DNA of 64,000 nt from NCBI GenBank assembly GCA_963848635.1, contig CAWKEA010000005.1, positions 352,585 to 416,584 of the forward strand, read 5' to 3'. Shown piece by piece: positions 18,650-28,885 of this stretch; position 1 is the first letter of the stretch; the number at the start of each line of letters is the position of its first letter. A program made the position numbers and the translations under genes. The notes under the pieces were generated by a model that was given only the letters and a program-made list of their open reading frames with translations, ran no database searches and was not told where the DNA came from. The DNA is from an uncultured bacterium. GTDB taxonomy: Bacteria; Patescibacteriota; Minisyncoccia; Phycocordibacterales; PALSA-1337.

Positions 18650-19133
18650 TTATAGGATCTCTTTTAACCCCGCCCTCTTCCTCCTCTTGTTGAGCTGAGA
18701 CGGGTCTTTTACTGGCCGAAGAACAGGTTTATTGTTTTTACCAAGTTTACCAGTGAACTGCGTGCCGTATAATTGTTTTTTGCCTTCATTCAGCAAAATC
18801 CTGTCTTCCAAATGTGCGGCATTCGATGGAGAGAAAACACACTTCTTGAAGCACTGCTTTTGAAGCGCCACATCTTGATCTTGGTGCTGTATAAGCAGCC
18901 AGAATTTATGCATATCCTTCACGCCTACATTCTTTGTGGTGGGGTATCCATGCTCACGTATCAACTCCTTTATTCTGTAGTTATGATAGCCGTCACAGAG
19001 ATACACCATATAGTTGAAAATACCGGCGCTTCCCTTCTGGGATTCTTGCATCTTTTTTTTCAGCGTGAAATCGCAAGGCTTGGTCGACCTGGTACATTTC
19101 ACTGATTATATTCGATATGATTTTTGATTTCAT
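18650..19133 (-). CDS. DUF6624-like protein (one indel in the T8 run 19053-19060)
   Basis: MYQVDQALR, then GYP, LLIQHQD, LEDRILLNEGKKQLYGTQF, LNKRR. Confidence 0.7.
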
Positions 19134-19237
19134 GATATTAAAGTTAATTTGTCGATATTACCTTACCCCCCCATTTCATTTTAATAAAAATTATGCTATC
19201 AATTCACCAGACAATAAAGTAAATCTATCTAAATACT

Positions 19238-19630
19238 ATGACACATCGACAATTCGCCCTATTCCTATGCGGCCTGGTCGCGCCATCGCTCTACCAGCGC
19301 ATCAAATTCGCCCTTCATCGCAGATCATTCTATACCACACGACTTCGCGATATAAGCGGCCTCAATCTCCATCACGGCCATTGGGGGCTCCTATTCGTGT
19401 TCGTTTCGACATGGATGCTCGCCTTTGGCCTACACAGCATCGTCTCGATTGGCCTCGCGGGATTTGGCTGGGGGCTCATCCTCGACGAGATCGTGCCCCT
19501 CCTCAAGATGCCTTCTCCCGGCCGGGACATCGAGCTCGACGTCTATGCGCGATCGAGGAATGCGACTTTCGTCTTTATTTCGATAGTCATCATTCTTTCG
19601 ATCGTCATATTTGCTAACTTCTGCCGATAG
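19238..19630 (+). CDS. membrane protein
   Basis: About four TM segments, LHHGHWG and GLILDE motifs. Confidence 0.7.
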   Translation: MTHRQFALFLCGLVAPSLYQRIKFALHRRSFYTTRLRDISGLNLHHGHWGLLFVFVSTWMLAFGLHSIVSIGLAGFGWGLILDEIVPLLKMPSPGRDIELDVYARSRNATFVFISIVIILSIVIFANFCR

Positions 19631-19646
19631 CACTTGCTTTCAATTC

Positions 19647-19671
19647 AAAGCACCGGAATGCCGGTGCTTTT
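19647..19671. terminator. bidirectional intrinsic terminator
   Basis: AAAGCACCGG-aatg-CCGGTGCTTT between convergent genes. Confidence 0.75.
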
Positions 19672-19684
19672 TCTTATCCCTTTC

Positions 19685-20311
19685 TTATCCCTTGTCGCAT
19701 AATCCGACGATAGTATCGTAGAACAATGTCGTGGTCGCTTCTGGTAGCGCATCATAGCTCACATGGATTGGCTCCCCGACATGTATGGTTAGCCTCCTGC
19801 GCAAAAGACCCCTTTGACCGAGATGCACCGAAATTGGCAAAACTGGAGCGCCAGTTTGCGAAGCCAGCACTGCCGCACCAAGCTTGAAAGGAGCGACTTC
19901 GTGCTCGGACACGATCTTGCCTTCAGGATAGATGACGATGTTCTCGCCCTCGCTGATGAGCCGCTTTGCTTCCTCGAGATTCTTTTGCAGGCCTTGGCCG
20001 GGCACGACGATAAAAACGCCAAAAAGGCTATAAATAAAGGATATCACACCGATTTCAGAGAGAAAATTGAGCCACTTCCAATCAAACCTGTTTACGGCCA
20101 TGAATCGCAGGGGCAAGTGAGGCGTAGAAAAGCCGAGTATGAGGCGAAAGATGAAGCTGTCCGCAAAGCTGAAATGATTGGCGATGATGATGAACGGCCT
20201 GTTTACTTTTTTCAGATTCTCCCGATCGTTGATTTTGAGGCGAAAAAAGATATTAAAGTATGCATACGAGATGGGCCATGTCAGAAATTGCGAAACTTTC
20301 AATAGTTTCAT
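19685..20311 (-). CDS. plsC: 1-acyl-sn-glycerol-3-phosphate acyltransferase family
   Basis: NHFSFAD, IYPEG, PFKLGAA. Confidence 0.8.
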   Translation of the reverse strand: MKLLKVSQFLTWPISYAYFNIFFRLKINDRENLKKVNRPFIIIANHFSFADSFIFRLILGFSTPHLPLRFMAVNRFDWKWLNFLSEIGVISFIYSLFGVFIVVPGQGLQKNLEEAKRLISEGENIVIYPEGKIVSEHEVAPFKLGAAVLASQTGAPVLPISVHLGQRGLLRRRLTIHVGEPIHVSYDALPEATTTLFYDTIVGLCDKG

Positions 20312-20368
20312 GATATTTTAGCGTATATCGAATGATACACCCGAATTTGTCCTGCGTACAGAGCGATT

Positions 20369-20959
20369 TTACTGCTTCTTTGCTTTTTCTACCGGAGCAT
20401 CGATGACTGCATTTTCTTTCTTGAGAGGAAAACCGAGGTATTCGAGAAGAGCGAGAGTATGATTCTTGTCTTTTGACGTCGTGACGATAGTAGCGGCAAG
20501 ACCAAAGACGTCTTTGAGGTCTTCATCTGCCGTCTCCGGGAAAATAGTGTGCTCTTTTATGCCGAGAGTATAATTGCCCATTTCATCGACAGTGCGAGTA
20601 AGCCCACGGAAGTCCTTGGTGCGCGGCAGTGCGATATGCACGAGGCGATCGAGAAAATCATACATCCTGGTTCCTCGCAATGTGATCTGATAGGCCAGAG
20701 GGTCTCCGGTGCGCGTCTTGTAGGTGGCGATCGATTTTTTGGCAGTGCGGGTGGCAGGCTTTTGGCCGGTTATGCGCGAAAGGCGCTCGGCAATGAGCTC
20801 TATCTTTCTCTTGTCTTTGGTCGAGCCGAAGCCGACGTTGACGACCACTTTTTCTATGCGCGGAGTCTGCATGGCGTTCTTGATATGCAAAGATTCCTTC
20901 AGGCTCGTGAAGGCATGGCCGGCTTTTTCTTTCATTGTTTCAAAAGTTTCTTTTTTCAT
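20369..20959 (-). CDS. rplE: 50S ribosomal protein L5
   Basis: PRIEKVVVNVG, ITGQKP, LPRTKDFRG, IFPE. Confidence 0.97.
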   Translation of the reverse strand: MKKETFETMKEKAGHAFTSLKESLHIKNAMQTPRIEKVVVNVGFGSTKDKRKIELIAERLSRITGQKPATRTAKKSIATYKTRTGDPLAYQITLRGTRMYDFLDRLVHIALPRTKDFRGLTRTVDEMGNYTLGIKEHTIFPETADEDLKDVFGLAATIVTTSKDKNHTLALLEYLGFPLKKENAVIDAPVEKAKKQ

Positions 20960-21037
20960 GGATTTAAGATTGAAGATTGTAAGGTTTAAAGATTGTCGTT
21001 TTTGTCATTTTTTCAATCTTACAATTTTTCAATTCAT
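20960..21037. repeat. palindromic short-tandem-repeat element (AAGATTG type)
   Basis: Left arm of aagattg-like units, right arm of caatct/caattt units. Confidence 0.6.
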
Positions 21038-21271
21038 TTATTTTTTCTTTAAATTCTCGACATTGGCGACATTCGACGCCTGGAGCGGCATGGCCCGCTC
21101 GACTACCTGGCCCTTCTGGCCCTCTTTCCTTGCGCGTTCGTGCTTTTTGTACATGTTTACGCCTTCAACAAGGACTTTATTCTCTCTTGGGTATGCCTTC
21201 AAGACTTTTCCTGTCTTGCCCTTGTCCTTGCCGGTCAATATTTTTACGGTGTCTCCTTTTTTGATATGCAT
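21038..21271 (-). CDS. rplX: 50S ribosomal protein L24 (short)
   Basis: IKKGDTVKILTGKDKGKTGKV KOW motif, VEGVN. Confidence 0.95.
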   Translation of the reverse strand: MHIKKGDTVKILTGKDKGKTGKVLKAYPRENKVLVEGVNMYKKHERARKEGQKGQVVERAMPLQASNVANVENLKKK

Positions 21272-21282
21272 GGTATTAATTT

Positions 21283-21378
21283 AACTCAAAATGCAAAACG
21301 CAAAACCGAAATGCGGCGATATTTGTATTTGCTTTTGAATTTAAGTTTTGCATTTTGATTTTTGAGTTTTGCATTTGA
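21283..21378. repeat. palindromic heptamer-repeat element (nnCAAAA type)
   Basis: ctcaaaa-tgcaaaa-cgcaaaa ... ttttgca-ttttgat-ttttgag-ttttgca. Confidence 0.8.
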
Positions 21379-21379
21379 T

Positions 21380-21751
21380 TTACACTATTTCAGACGCCTT
21401 CGACGCGATTGTCTGAAAGCCCTTTTCCTGGAGCTCTCGCGGTATCGGGCCAAAGATACGTCCGGCGATCGGCTCTTTTTTGCCTTTTTCGATGATGACA
21501 ACCGCATTCTCGTCAAAGCGTATATATGATCCGTCCAAGCGGCGGAACGCCTTTGTCTGGCGGACGACGACTGCCTGGAGGACGTCTTTCTTTTTGACGG
21601 CTTTGCGCGGCTCGGCCTTTTGGACCGATAGGACGACCATCTCGCCGATCTCGGCATAGCGCTTCTTTGACGAGCCGAGCACCTTGAAGACGCGGCCTAT
21701 CTTTGCGCCACAGTTGTCGGTTATTTTTACAATTGTGCGTGGTTGGATCAT
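21380..21751 (-). CDS. rplN: 50S ribosomal protein L14
   Basis: MIQ...DNCGAK, DGSYIRFDENAVV, RIFGP. Confidence 0.97.
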   Translation of the reverse strand: MIQPRTIVKITDNCGAKIGRVFKVLGSSKKRYAEIGEMVVLSVQKAEPRKAVKKKDVLQAVVVRQTKAFRRLDGSYIRFDENAVVIIEKGKKEPIAGRIFGPIPRELQEKGFQTIASKASEIV

Positions 21752-21755
21752 GTTT

Positions 21756-22064
21756 TTATGCTATGACTTTGAACGCCTTATGCTTCGACATCGGTCGGCA
21801 CGACTCGATCGTCACTTTATCGCCGATCTTTTTCGTGTTTCCAGCGTCGTGGGCTTTGAGACGCAAAGTCTTCTTCATGAATTTGTGATATTTCGGATGC
21901 TTGACATAGCGCTCAACTGTCACGACGACAGTGTCTTTCATTTTGTCGGAAGCGACGATGCCCGAAAGCTGCATACGGCGAGGCTCGTGCGTAGCTTGAG
22001 CCGCGGCAAGATTGGCTGCTTGCGCTTTGTCTTTTGTATTCTTTTGTACAGTTTCTTTTGCCAT
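21756..22064 (-). CDS. rpsQ: 30S ribosomal protein S17
   Basis: SDKMKDTVVV, HPKY, AHD, ESCRPMSK. Confidence 0.96.
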   Translation of the reverse strand: MAKETVQKNTKDKAQAANLAAAQATHEPRRMQLSGIVASDKMKDTVVVTVERYVKHPKYHKFMKKTLRLKAHDAGNTKKIGDKVTIESCRPMSKHKAFKVIA

Positions 22065-22081
22065 GCTATATGTTTCTTTTG

Positions 22082-22300
22082 TTATTTCGTGCGCTTGTTC
22101 TTTTCAGCCTTTGCCGCTTCGTTCTTTTGCGCGGAAAGTGTGGTCATGATGCGAGCGATCTCGGTGCGATGGCTCCTGCCCTCCTTGACGTTCTTTGCCT
22201 TGCCGCCCGTCGAACCGAAACGGAAACTGCGCAGAGCCGTACGCTTCTCCACAAGGAGGTTCGCGAGGTCTGGTGCGGTTTTATTGAGGTAATCTTTCAT
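22082..22300 (-). CDS. rpmC: 50S ribosomal protein L29
   Basis: LRSFRF...RTEIARIMT and operon position. Confidence 0.9.
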   Translation of the reverse strand: MKDYLNKTAPDLANLLVEKRTALRSFRFGSTGGKAKNVKEGRSHRTEIARIMTTLSAQKNEAAKAEKNKRTK

Positions 22301-22330
22301 AGGAGTCTTTATACTACGGATATCTGGAGA

Positions 22331-22762
22331 TTATGCAAGCTCTCTCGATACGATCTTTGTTTTGACCGAGATCTTCGTCCCAGCCTTGCGGAGGGCTTCA
22401 ACCGATTCTTTGTCGCCGACTCCGTCGATCTCAAAAAGGATGCGCCCCGGCTTGATCTCCGCCACGAAGCCGACCGGCTCACCTTTTCCCTTGCCGAGCT
22501 TCACTTCAGGAGGCTTTTGGGTGTACGGCCTGTCTGGGAAAATACGGACCCATACTTTGCCCGCTTTGGTCGCGTAACGGCTCATGACTTTCCTGGCGGC
22601 CTCGATCTCGTTCGACGTGATGCGGCCGAATTTAGTAGCCTTCAATCCATACGAACCGAAAGCGAGCGCGATACCGCGAGTCTCGACGCACGTGTCGAGC
22701 TTTTTCTGGTTCCTGCGACCAGTGTGCCACTTTCTGAATTTTACTTTTTTAGGGAATAGCAT
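22331..22762 (-). CDS. rplP: 50S ribosomal protein L16
   Basis: [30 protein letters not shown]. Confidence 0.97.
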   Translation of the reverse strand: MLFPKKVKFRKWHTGRRNQKKLDTCVETRGIALAFGSYGLKATKFGRITSNEIEAARKVMSRYATKAGKVWVRIFPDRPYTQKPPEVKLGKGKGEPVGFVAEIKPGRILFEIDGVGDKESVEALRKAGTKISVKTKIVSRELA

Positions 22763-22770
22763 GGTAGTAA

Positions 22771-22870
22771 ATTTAAAATGCAAAACTCAAAACGCAAAAC
22801 TGAAATGCTGCAATGCACGTATTTGTCTTTGAATTATGCTTTTGCATTTTGAGTTTTGACTTTTGAGTTA
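22771..22870. repeat. palindromic heptamer-repeat element overlapping the rpsC stop
   Basis: tgcaaaa-ctcaaaa-cgcaaaa ... ttttgca-ttttgag-ttttgac; one arm encodes the S3 tail SKVKTQNAKA. Confidence 0.8.
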
Positions 22871-23523
22871 TTAAATATATCTCCCTTGTAGATCCAGACC
22901 TTTATGCCGATGTCGCCATAGGTCATGTGCGCGCGCTCGCGGGCAAAATCGATGTCGGCACGCAAGGTCTGGAGAGGGATGCGGCCTTTCTTGAGCTCCT
23001 CGGAGCGGGCGATATCCGTGCCGCCGAGGCGTCCTGACAGACGAATGCGGGCGCCGCCGACATCGCGGTTCGCCGTGATCTTCTCGATCGATTGCTTCAA
23101 GACGCGGCGGAACGGAAGGCGCTTTTCGAGGCTTTCGGCGATCATCATTGCGGCGATCGCGGCGTTTGACTCCGGGCTACGGACTTCTTCGATGTCTATC
23201 TTGAGCTCCTGCCCTGCTAGGTCTATCTTGTTCTTTTTGAAGAGCTTGAGGATCTTGTCTCGAAGCGCTACCATCCCTTCGCCCTGACGGCCGATGATCG
23301 TGCCTGGGCGCGAAGTGCGAATGGTGACTTTGACTGATTTCTGGTTGCGCTCGATTGCGACGTCGGAAAGGTAATTCGCTCGCAATTCCTCGACCAAAAA
23401 TTCTCGCAAAATGAGATCGGCTTTCAAGGAACTGCGATAATTCTTGCCCGTGCCGAACCAGCGGCTCTTCCAGTCGCGGATGATCCCAAGGCGGTGTGAA
23501 TATGGATGTACGGAGTGTGACAT
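22834..23523 (-). CDS. rpsC: 30S ribosomal protein S3
   Basis: HPYSHRLG, RPGTIIG, SGRLGG, PLQTLRADID, GIKVWI. Confidence 0.97.
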   Translation of the reverse strand: MSHSVHPYSHRLGIIRDWKSRWFGTGKNYRSSLKADLILREFLVEELRANYLSDVAIERNQKSVKVTIRTSRPGTIIGRQGEGMVALRDKILKLFKKNKIDLAGQELKIDIEEVRSPESNAAIAAMMIAESLEKRLPFRRVLKQSIEKITANRDVGGARIRLSGRLGGTDIARSEELKKGRIPLQTLRADIDFARERAHMTYGDIGIKVWIYKGDIFNNSKVKTQNAKA

Positions 23524-23526
23524 GTT

Positions 23527-23632
23527 AATTAAAGTTAAAACTCAAAACGCAAAGTTCAAAACTAAATGCGCTATCAGAATTATTGTATTTTGAATTAAAG
23601 TTTTGCATTTTGAGTTTTGAGCTTTGAGTTTG
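23527..23632. repeat. palindromic heptamer-repeat element overlapping the rplV stop
   Basis: ctcaaaa-cgcaaag-ttcaaaa ... ttttgca-ttttgag-ttttgag; one arm encodes the L22 tail NSKLKTQNAKL. Confidence 0.8.
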
Positions 23633-23969
23633 CTTTCTCGACGCGTGGCGCGAGGACAAGGCTGATATTGCTCGTGCGCTTCTTTATCGGGTTGGCCATG
23701 CCGCGAGAACGAGGCATGCTACGCTTGAGCACTTGGCCGCCATCGACGCGCAATTCCTTGACCATCAATGTCTCGCGCTCTATTTGAAAATTATTCTTTG
23801 CATTGGCGATAGCGCTCTCGATAAGGGTAACGAGAGGATCGGCGCCTTTTTTCGCCGTGTGCGAAAGTATCAAAATCGCCTGATCGGCTGATTTTCCCCT
23901 GACGAGATTGGCCGCTACGCGGATTTTGCGGGGAGAGATGCGATGATTTTTAAGCGATGCGGTGATCAT
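23595..23969 (-). CDS. rplV: 50S ribosomal protein L22
   Basis: RISPRKIR, SAIANA, PRSRG, KRTS. Confidence 0.97.
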   Translation of the reverse strand: MITASLKNHRISPRKIRVAANLVRGKSADQAILILSHTAKKGADPLVTLIESAIANAKNNFQIERETLMVKELRVDGGQVLKRSMPRSRGMANPIKKRTSNISLVLAPRVEKANSKLKTQNAKL

Positions 23970-23974
23970 GGAAA

Positions 23975-24328
23975 TTATTTCTTGTCGGCTGAAGCGGTCG
24001 TGGCGGCCTCTTTGGCGGATTTTGCGGCATTGACTTCAGCCTCCTTTGCCTTGAGCTCGATCTCCTTTTGCATCTTGCCTCCATGGCGGAGGAATTTCTT
24101 TGTAGGCGAAAATTCACCGAGGCGGTGTCCAACCATGTCCTCGGTGACCAAAACGTCGATATGCTGTTTGCCGTTGTATACGCCAAAAGTAAATCCGACC
24201 ATTTCAGGAGAAATGGCCGAGCGACGATACCACGTCTTGATTGACGCTGTCGTGGCGGCTTTTTTGCCGGCTATCTTCTTGAGAAGCCGTTCTTCGACGA
24301 ATATGCCTTTTTTGAGCGATCGTGCCAT
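23975..24328 (-). CDS. rpsS: 30S ribosomal protein S19
   Basis: [24 protein letters not shown]. Confidence 0.97.
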   Translation of the reverse strand: MARSLKKGIFVEERLLKKIAGKKAATTASIKTWYRRSAISPEMVGFTFGVYNGKQHIDVLVTEDMVGHRLGEFSPTKKFLRHGGKMQKEIELKAKEAEVNAAKSAKEAATTASADKK

Positions 24329-24377
24329 GAATTATAGATATTCTAGATAAAAAACGAGCTCGGACGAGCTTGCTTGC

Positions 24378-24406
24378 ATCTTAACAGAGCCTTGATTTGA
24401 AGTCAA
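24378..24406 (-). promoter_or_regulatory. predicted promoter for the rpsS-rplE half of the operon
   Basis: TTGACT-17 bp-TAAGAT on the minus strand. Confidence 0.6.
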
Positions 24407-24437
24407 TACATCGTGCTATACTGATGGTTAAACATCA

Positions 24438-25220
24438 ATGTCATCGATCACCCCAGAAGTCATGCAGGCTTTCCTTATCGCCCTCCTCATACTGCTCATA
24501 GGCTTTTCATTGTGGCGCAAACTGCACGAGAACGAATCCCTCAAATACGAGTTCATAACCATCATCACCCATAAATTCCGCACGCCGATGACGCATATCA
24601 AATGGATCCTGGCGGACTTGATCCAAAGCGAGACTGATCCATACCGCAAAGAGAGCCTGACAAAGCTCGAGAGGTCGAACGACGACTTGGTCCAGCTCGT
24701 CAGCGCCCTCATCGAGGTCACCGATACTCCAAAAAAAGGAAAGGCATCATACCAATTCGAACGCGTTAACCTCGTCGATCTGACCAGGGGCGTCTTCAAT
24801 CTTTTCGACCATTCTTTCAAAGAAAAGAACATATCGATCACGCTCGACTTCCGTACCGCGGACATATTCGTCAAAGTTGACCGTTCTCGATTGGAATTCG
24901 TCCTTTCGACCATCATCGAAAACGCCTCTATGTATACGTCCACAGGGCAGAAAGTATTGATCTCAGTCGGATCAAAATGGAGAAAGGCAATTGTAACAGT
25001 CGCGGATGAAGGCATAGGCATGAGCTCGCTCGACATGCACAATGTCGGCACGAAATTCTTTCGGGCAAAGACTGCGCGGGCAATGGACACCAGCGGGTTC
25101 GGGATCAATCTATATCTGGCCAGATCCATAATCAGGCGCCTCCATGGCAAGCTCGAGATCTATTCTGCGGGATTAAAGACTGGCTCGACATTCAAAGTTA
25201 TATTATCAAAAGTCACGTGA
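24438..25220 (+). CDS. short histidine kinase (one TM, no sensor domain)
   Basis: THKFRTP, ENASMYT, DEGIGM, GFGINL. Confidence 0.85.
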   Translation: MSSITPEVMQAFLIALLILLIGFSLWRKLHENESLKYEFITIITHKFRTPMTHIKWILADLIQSETDPYRKESLTKLERSNDDLVQLVSALIEVTDTPKKGKASYQFERVNLVDLTRGVFNLFDHSFKEKNISITLDFRTADIFVKVDRSRLEFVLSTIIENASMYTSTGQKVLISVGSKWRKAIVTVADEGIGMSSLDMHNVGTKFFRAKTARAMDTSGFGINLYLARSIIRRLHGKLEIYSAGLKTGSTFKVILSKVT

Positions 25221-25280
25221 AGGCACATTGACAAGAGCAAGCGGAAAAATAAAAATTAAATCGTTCAGTGATCGCGCCTC

Positions 25281-26523
25281 CTATTCATATCTCAAAGCCT
25301 CGATCGGGCTCTTTTTGCTCGCCTGCCGCGCGGGATAGCCGCCAAAGACGAGGCCAATGACTGCAGAGACAGTGATGCCGAGGATAGCGCCTGACCACGG
25401 AAAGACGAATTGCCAATTGATCGCAAGAGCATGCGAAAGGATAAAGGCGATCAGAAACGCGAGACCAGAGCCGAGCAGAATGCCGACGACACCGCCGATA
25501 ACAGTCAACAAAACCGCTTCGAGGAGGAATTGCGATAGAATGTCGCGATTTTTCGCACCGAGCGCCTTGCGCAAACCGATCTCGCGCGTGCGCTCGGTCA
25601 CGGAGACGAGCATGATATTCATGATGCCGACGCCGCCGACGAACAATGCGATAGAGGCGACTGCAACGAGGAACCATGTGAGCGCCGAGGTGATCGTGCC
25701 GAGAGTATTGGCCAAACTTTGCTGCGTCTCGACAGTGAAGTCATCCTTTGTCGGATCGGTTATGCCGTGCGACTCCTCGAGAGTCAATTTTATATTAGCG
25801 GCAGTGACCGGGACAGTCTGGTCGGATGATGCTTGGGTTATGACGCGATTGTAATACTTTTGGCCCGTGACGTACGTCATGGCTGTCGTGTATGGCATGA
25901 TGACCATCGAGTCAAAGTCGAACAATGTGCCCCCGCCTGATTTCGGCAGCACAGCGACGACGCGAAAATTTCGTCCCTTTATCGTTATGTTCTGATTATA
26001 CGGATCCTGATTCTCAAACAGATAATTCGCTACATCAGCTCCAATGACGACGACGCTCGACATAGAATCGACATCGCTCTGGTCAAAGAACTGCCCTTCC
26101 GAAGGAGTGATGTTGAAAATGCTGGCCATGAGGTCAGTGCCGCCGAATATTGTGACCTGGTAAGTGTTCGGGCCATATGAAGCGGCGTCAGAGCCGATGA
26201 CCACAGGCATGATGGATATGAGGTCGGGCACATTTGCTTTGCTCATGAGAGCGGTCACATCCTTTGGCTTCAGCGAGTCGCTGTAGAGCGCAGAGGCGCC
26301 TGCTCGACGGGCTCGTGGATACTTGGCCCGGAATGATGGCGATAGTGTTCGTGCCGAGGCCCTGGACCTCGCCAAGAATAAGGTTCTGCGCGCCCGCCCC
26401 GAGCGACACGACCAACATGATGGCCGTGATGCCGATGACGATGCCGAGGATGGTCAAAATCGACCGCGAACGGTTCGTGCGCAGGCCGGTGAATGAGGTT
26501 TTAAATAAATGGCGGATGGTCAT
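25281..26523 (-). CDS. MacB/FtsX-type ABC permease (one indel near 26290)
   Basis: RSILTILGIVIGI N-terminus; VGGVGIMNIMLVSVTERTREIGLRKALGA; PIEALRYE. Confidence 0.9.
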
Positions 26524-26527
26524 GGTT

Positions 26528-27098
26528 TTATTGTGTAAGCAACTTGAAAGCAGTATTAAATGCTTCATCGGCAGTTTCAAATGTTTGATATCCGTACTTA
26601 TCAGCTCTCTTCTTTATAACGCGGCCGTTCGACATTAAAGAAAGAGTTTGCTTCCATTTCTTGCAAATGACGGGTGTTGCCCCATCGTGGATCTTCAATA
26701 TTGCGCTTTAGTATGTCTTCGTACGACTTACCAAGAAGCACAATGCCCGGAAAATCTAAATCTTTCTTGGCAAGATGAGGTAACAGGTTAACGCATTCAA
26801 AAATTACTGGCATTTTCTCTTCTTTAAATGAATTTATTTTTTCAAGGAAAACCGGCCACAAACCTTCTGATTGCAAGACGATATTATTCCATTGCTTGTC
26901 CTTGCTGGTTTCAGTGTAGTATTTTTCCTCATTCTTATCCAAGAAAAAGTTGACCCATTTCCCGTACCTACCATCTGAAGCCAACGATTCTCTGAAATCA
27001 TCGAGAGAAACGATAATGCCGCCTGTCTTTTTAGCAAGTTTTTTTGCGAGATATGATTTGCCCGAAGCTGGAATTCCTGTGATAAATAGTTTATTCAT
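26528..27098 (-). CDS. P-loop NMP-kinase/AAA-like protein (indel near 26605)
   Basis: FITGIPASGKS Walker A, SLDD; shifted frame continues to a stop at 26528. Confidence 0.7.
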
Positions 27099-27146
27099 AA
27101 TATTAAATTTGAGTTATACACAATGTCGTCTTGAATCATGCTATAC

Positions 27147-28091
27147 TTAATCCATCTGGGCTCCCGCAGATGCGGGACTCAGAGAGTTGCCCAGCAAAGA
27201 CGGTTGCTTCTCGTGATAATGCTGAGCTATTCTCTTGGTCCTACCCGATAAACCTGGTATGTACTTTTTGACAGCGACTATGTTGATTTCATTATAGTGC
27301 CTTCTGTTCAAGGTTTTGTGAATGCCTTTAAACGATATCGAGTTCTTTAGCTGTGCGCTAATTTGCTTCGTACCTTTCTTGTTTTGAAGAAAATATAGAT
27401 TACAAGTATAGGCAATTATATCAGCCAATTCCAATCCAGCAGATAGGACCTCTTTGTTGGCAAAAGATATAGATACTACAGATTTCTTTAAAGACTTAGC
27501 CAAGCTTACTAAATGTTTATTCTTGAAAGAATTTCTATCTGCAACCAAGTTATAGTTCCTAATAGTAAAAGGGTCGCCTGCCCTGCTTTCAAAAACAATT
27601 TTTAATCTTCCATTATTTTTTAATTCCCTCACAGCCCAGTGATAAAGGGCATTAACACCAACATCCAAAGGAAGTTGGTTATCGACTCGGGAATAAAATC
27701 TCTTTGTAGCAATCCAACTGTCTCCTTTATCAGGATATTTTTTGAAAGACAAACATCTTCTGACTAAATCTTTTGGCACACAAACCGCAAGATAGGTGAC
27801 GTTGTATCCTTTTATCAAATCCCATATTTCCTCTTGAAACTTTTTTCTTAAATCTTTTTTACTTCTTTTACGTGTAGTGCCTAAATAGCTTTCTGTATAA
27901 TCATTCTCAAATATATCTACCGCATGTATATGTTCATCCGGAGATAAATTATACTTTTCTTTCAATCTTTTGATCAAAAAAAGGAAATTCCCTTCATTAA
28001 CTTCGTCAATCAAAACACCACAAACAATGGTAAATTTGTCCTTCGAAGAAAGTTCTGGCGTTCCTGATTCATCTATATACAATATTTTCAT
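27147..28091 (-). CDS. DUF3800 family protein (RNase H-like fold)
   Basis: LYIDESG N-terminus, H at EHIHAVD, VFESR, GLELADIIAY. Confidence 0.8.
   Translation of the reverse strand: MKILYIDESGTPELSSKDKFTIVCGVLIDEVNEGNFLFLIKRLKEKYNLSPDEHIHAVDIFENDYTESYLGTTRKRSKKDLRKKFQEEIWDLIKGYNVTYLAVCVPKDLVRRCLSFKKYPDKGDSWIATKRFYSRVDNQLPLDVGVNALYHWAVRELKNNGRLKIVFESRAGDPFTIRNYNLVADRNSFKNKHLVSLAKSLKKSVVSISFANKEVLSAGLELADIIAYTCNLYFLQNKKGTKQISAQLKNSISFKGIHKTLNRRHYNEINIVAVKKYIPGLSGRTKRIAQHYHEKQPSLLGNSLSPASAGAQMD
27152..27203 (-). ncRNA. candidate DUF3800-associated structured RNA
   Basis: Nested stems CCGU/AUGG, CUGGGC/GCCCAG and UCCCGCA/UGCGGGA in a GC-rich patch at the end of an AT-rich gene. Confidence 0.4.
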
Positions 28092-28147
28092 AAATTTTTA
28101 TTTCACCCAGTAGGCGACTCAATAGAGTCGTGTTCTGGACTAAATTG

Positions 28148-28876
28148 CTATTTCACATATTCCGCATCCGCGGAAAGCCTATTTTTTACCTTCACATCGC
28201 TGTCGATCGCGCCGTCCATAAGGCGGATGATGCGCTCGGAATGCTCGGCTGTGGCCGTTTCGTGCGTGATGAGAACGATCGTCTTGCCCTCTTTTTCATT
28301 TAATTTTTGAAGGATGGACATGATATTCTTGCCGGATTTACTATCGAGATTACCCGTCGGCTCGTCAGCGAAAATCACGTCCGGGTCAGTGACGAGGGCA
28401 CGCGCGATTGCCACGCGCTGCCGTTCGCCGCCGGAGAGCTCGCTCTGGTCATGGTTGAGTCGGTTGCCGAGGCCGACCGATTCGATCGCCTTCGTGGCTC
28501 GCTCGTTCCATTCATGTTCGGGAATATTGTCAGAATAGACGAGCGGCAATTTTACGTTCTCGAGCACGCTCGTGCGGGCGAGGAGATTGAAAGCCTGAAA
28601 GACAAAGCCGAGCTTTTGGTTGCGCAGATACGCCAATTCGTTCGAGTCATACGAAGTGATATTCTTGCCGTCAAAATGATATGTGCCAGACGTCGGCGTA
28701 TCGAGGAGGCCAAGGAGGTGGAGCAATGTCGATTTGCCAGAGCCTGACGGCCCCATGATGGCCATGAATTCGCCTTTGCGCACATTAAAGGTCACTCCGG
28801 CCAATGCGACTGTCGCCTCGCTGCCGTCGCTGTACGACTTCCTCAGATTTTTAACTTCTATTATGTTTTCTGCCAT
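28148..28876 (-). CDS. ABC transporter ATP-binding protein (MacB/LolD type)
   Basis: [37 protein letters not shown]. Confidence 0.95.
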   Translation of the reverse strand: MAENIIEVKNLRKSYSDGSEATVALAGVTFNVRKGEFMAIMGPSGSGKSTLLHLLGLLDTPTSGTYHFDGKNITSYDSNELAYLRNQKLGFVFQAFNLLARTSVLENVKLPLVYSDNIPEHEWNERATKAIESVGLGNRLNHDQSELSGGERQRVAIARALVTDPDVIFADEPTGNLDSKSGKNIMSILQKLNEKEGKTIVLITHETATAEHSERIIRLMDGAIDSDVKVKNRLSADAEYVK

Positions 28877-28885
28877 TGAAAAATG

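Noticed and set aside
20960-23632. Intergenic repeats as a CRISPR array
   Set aside because: The units are 6-8 nt tandem and inverted, separated by whole genes; no constant repeat with unique spacers and no cas genes
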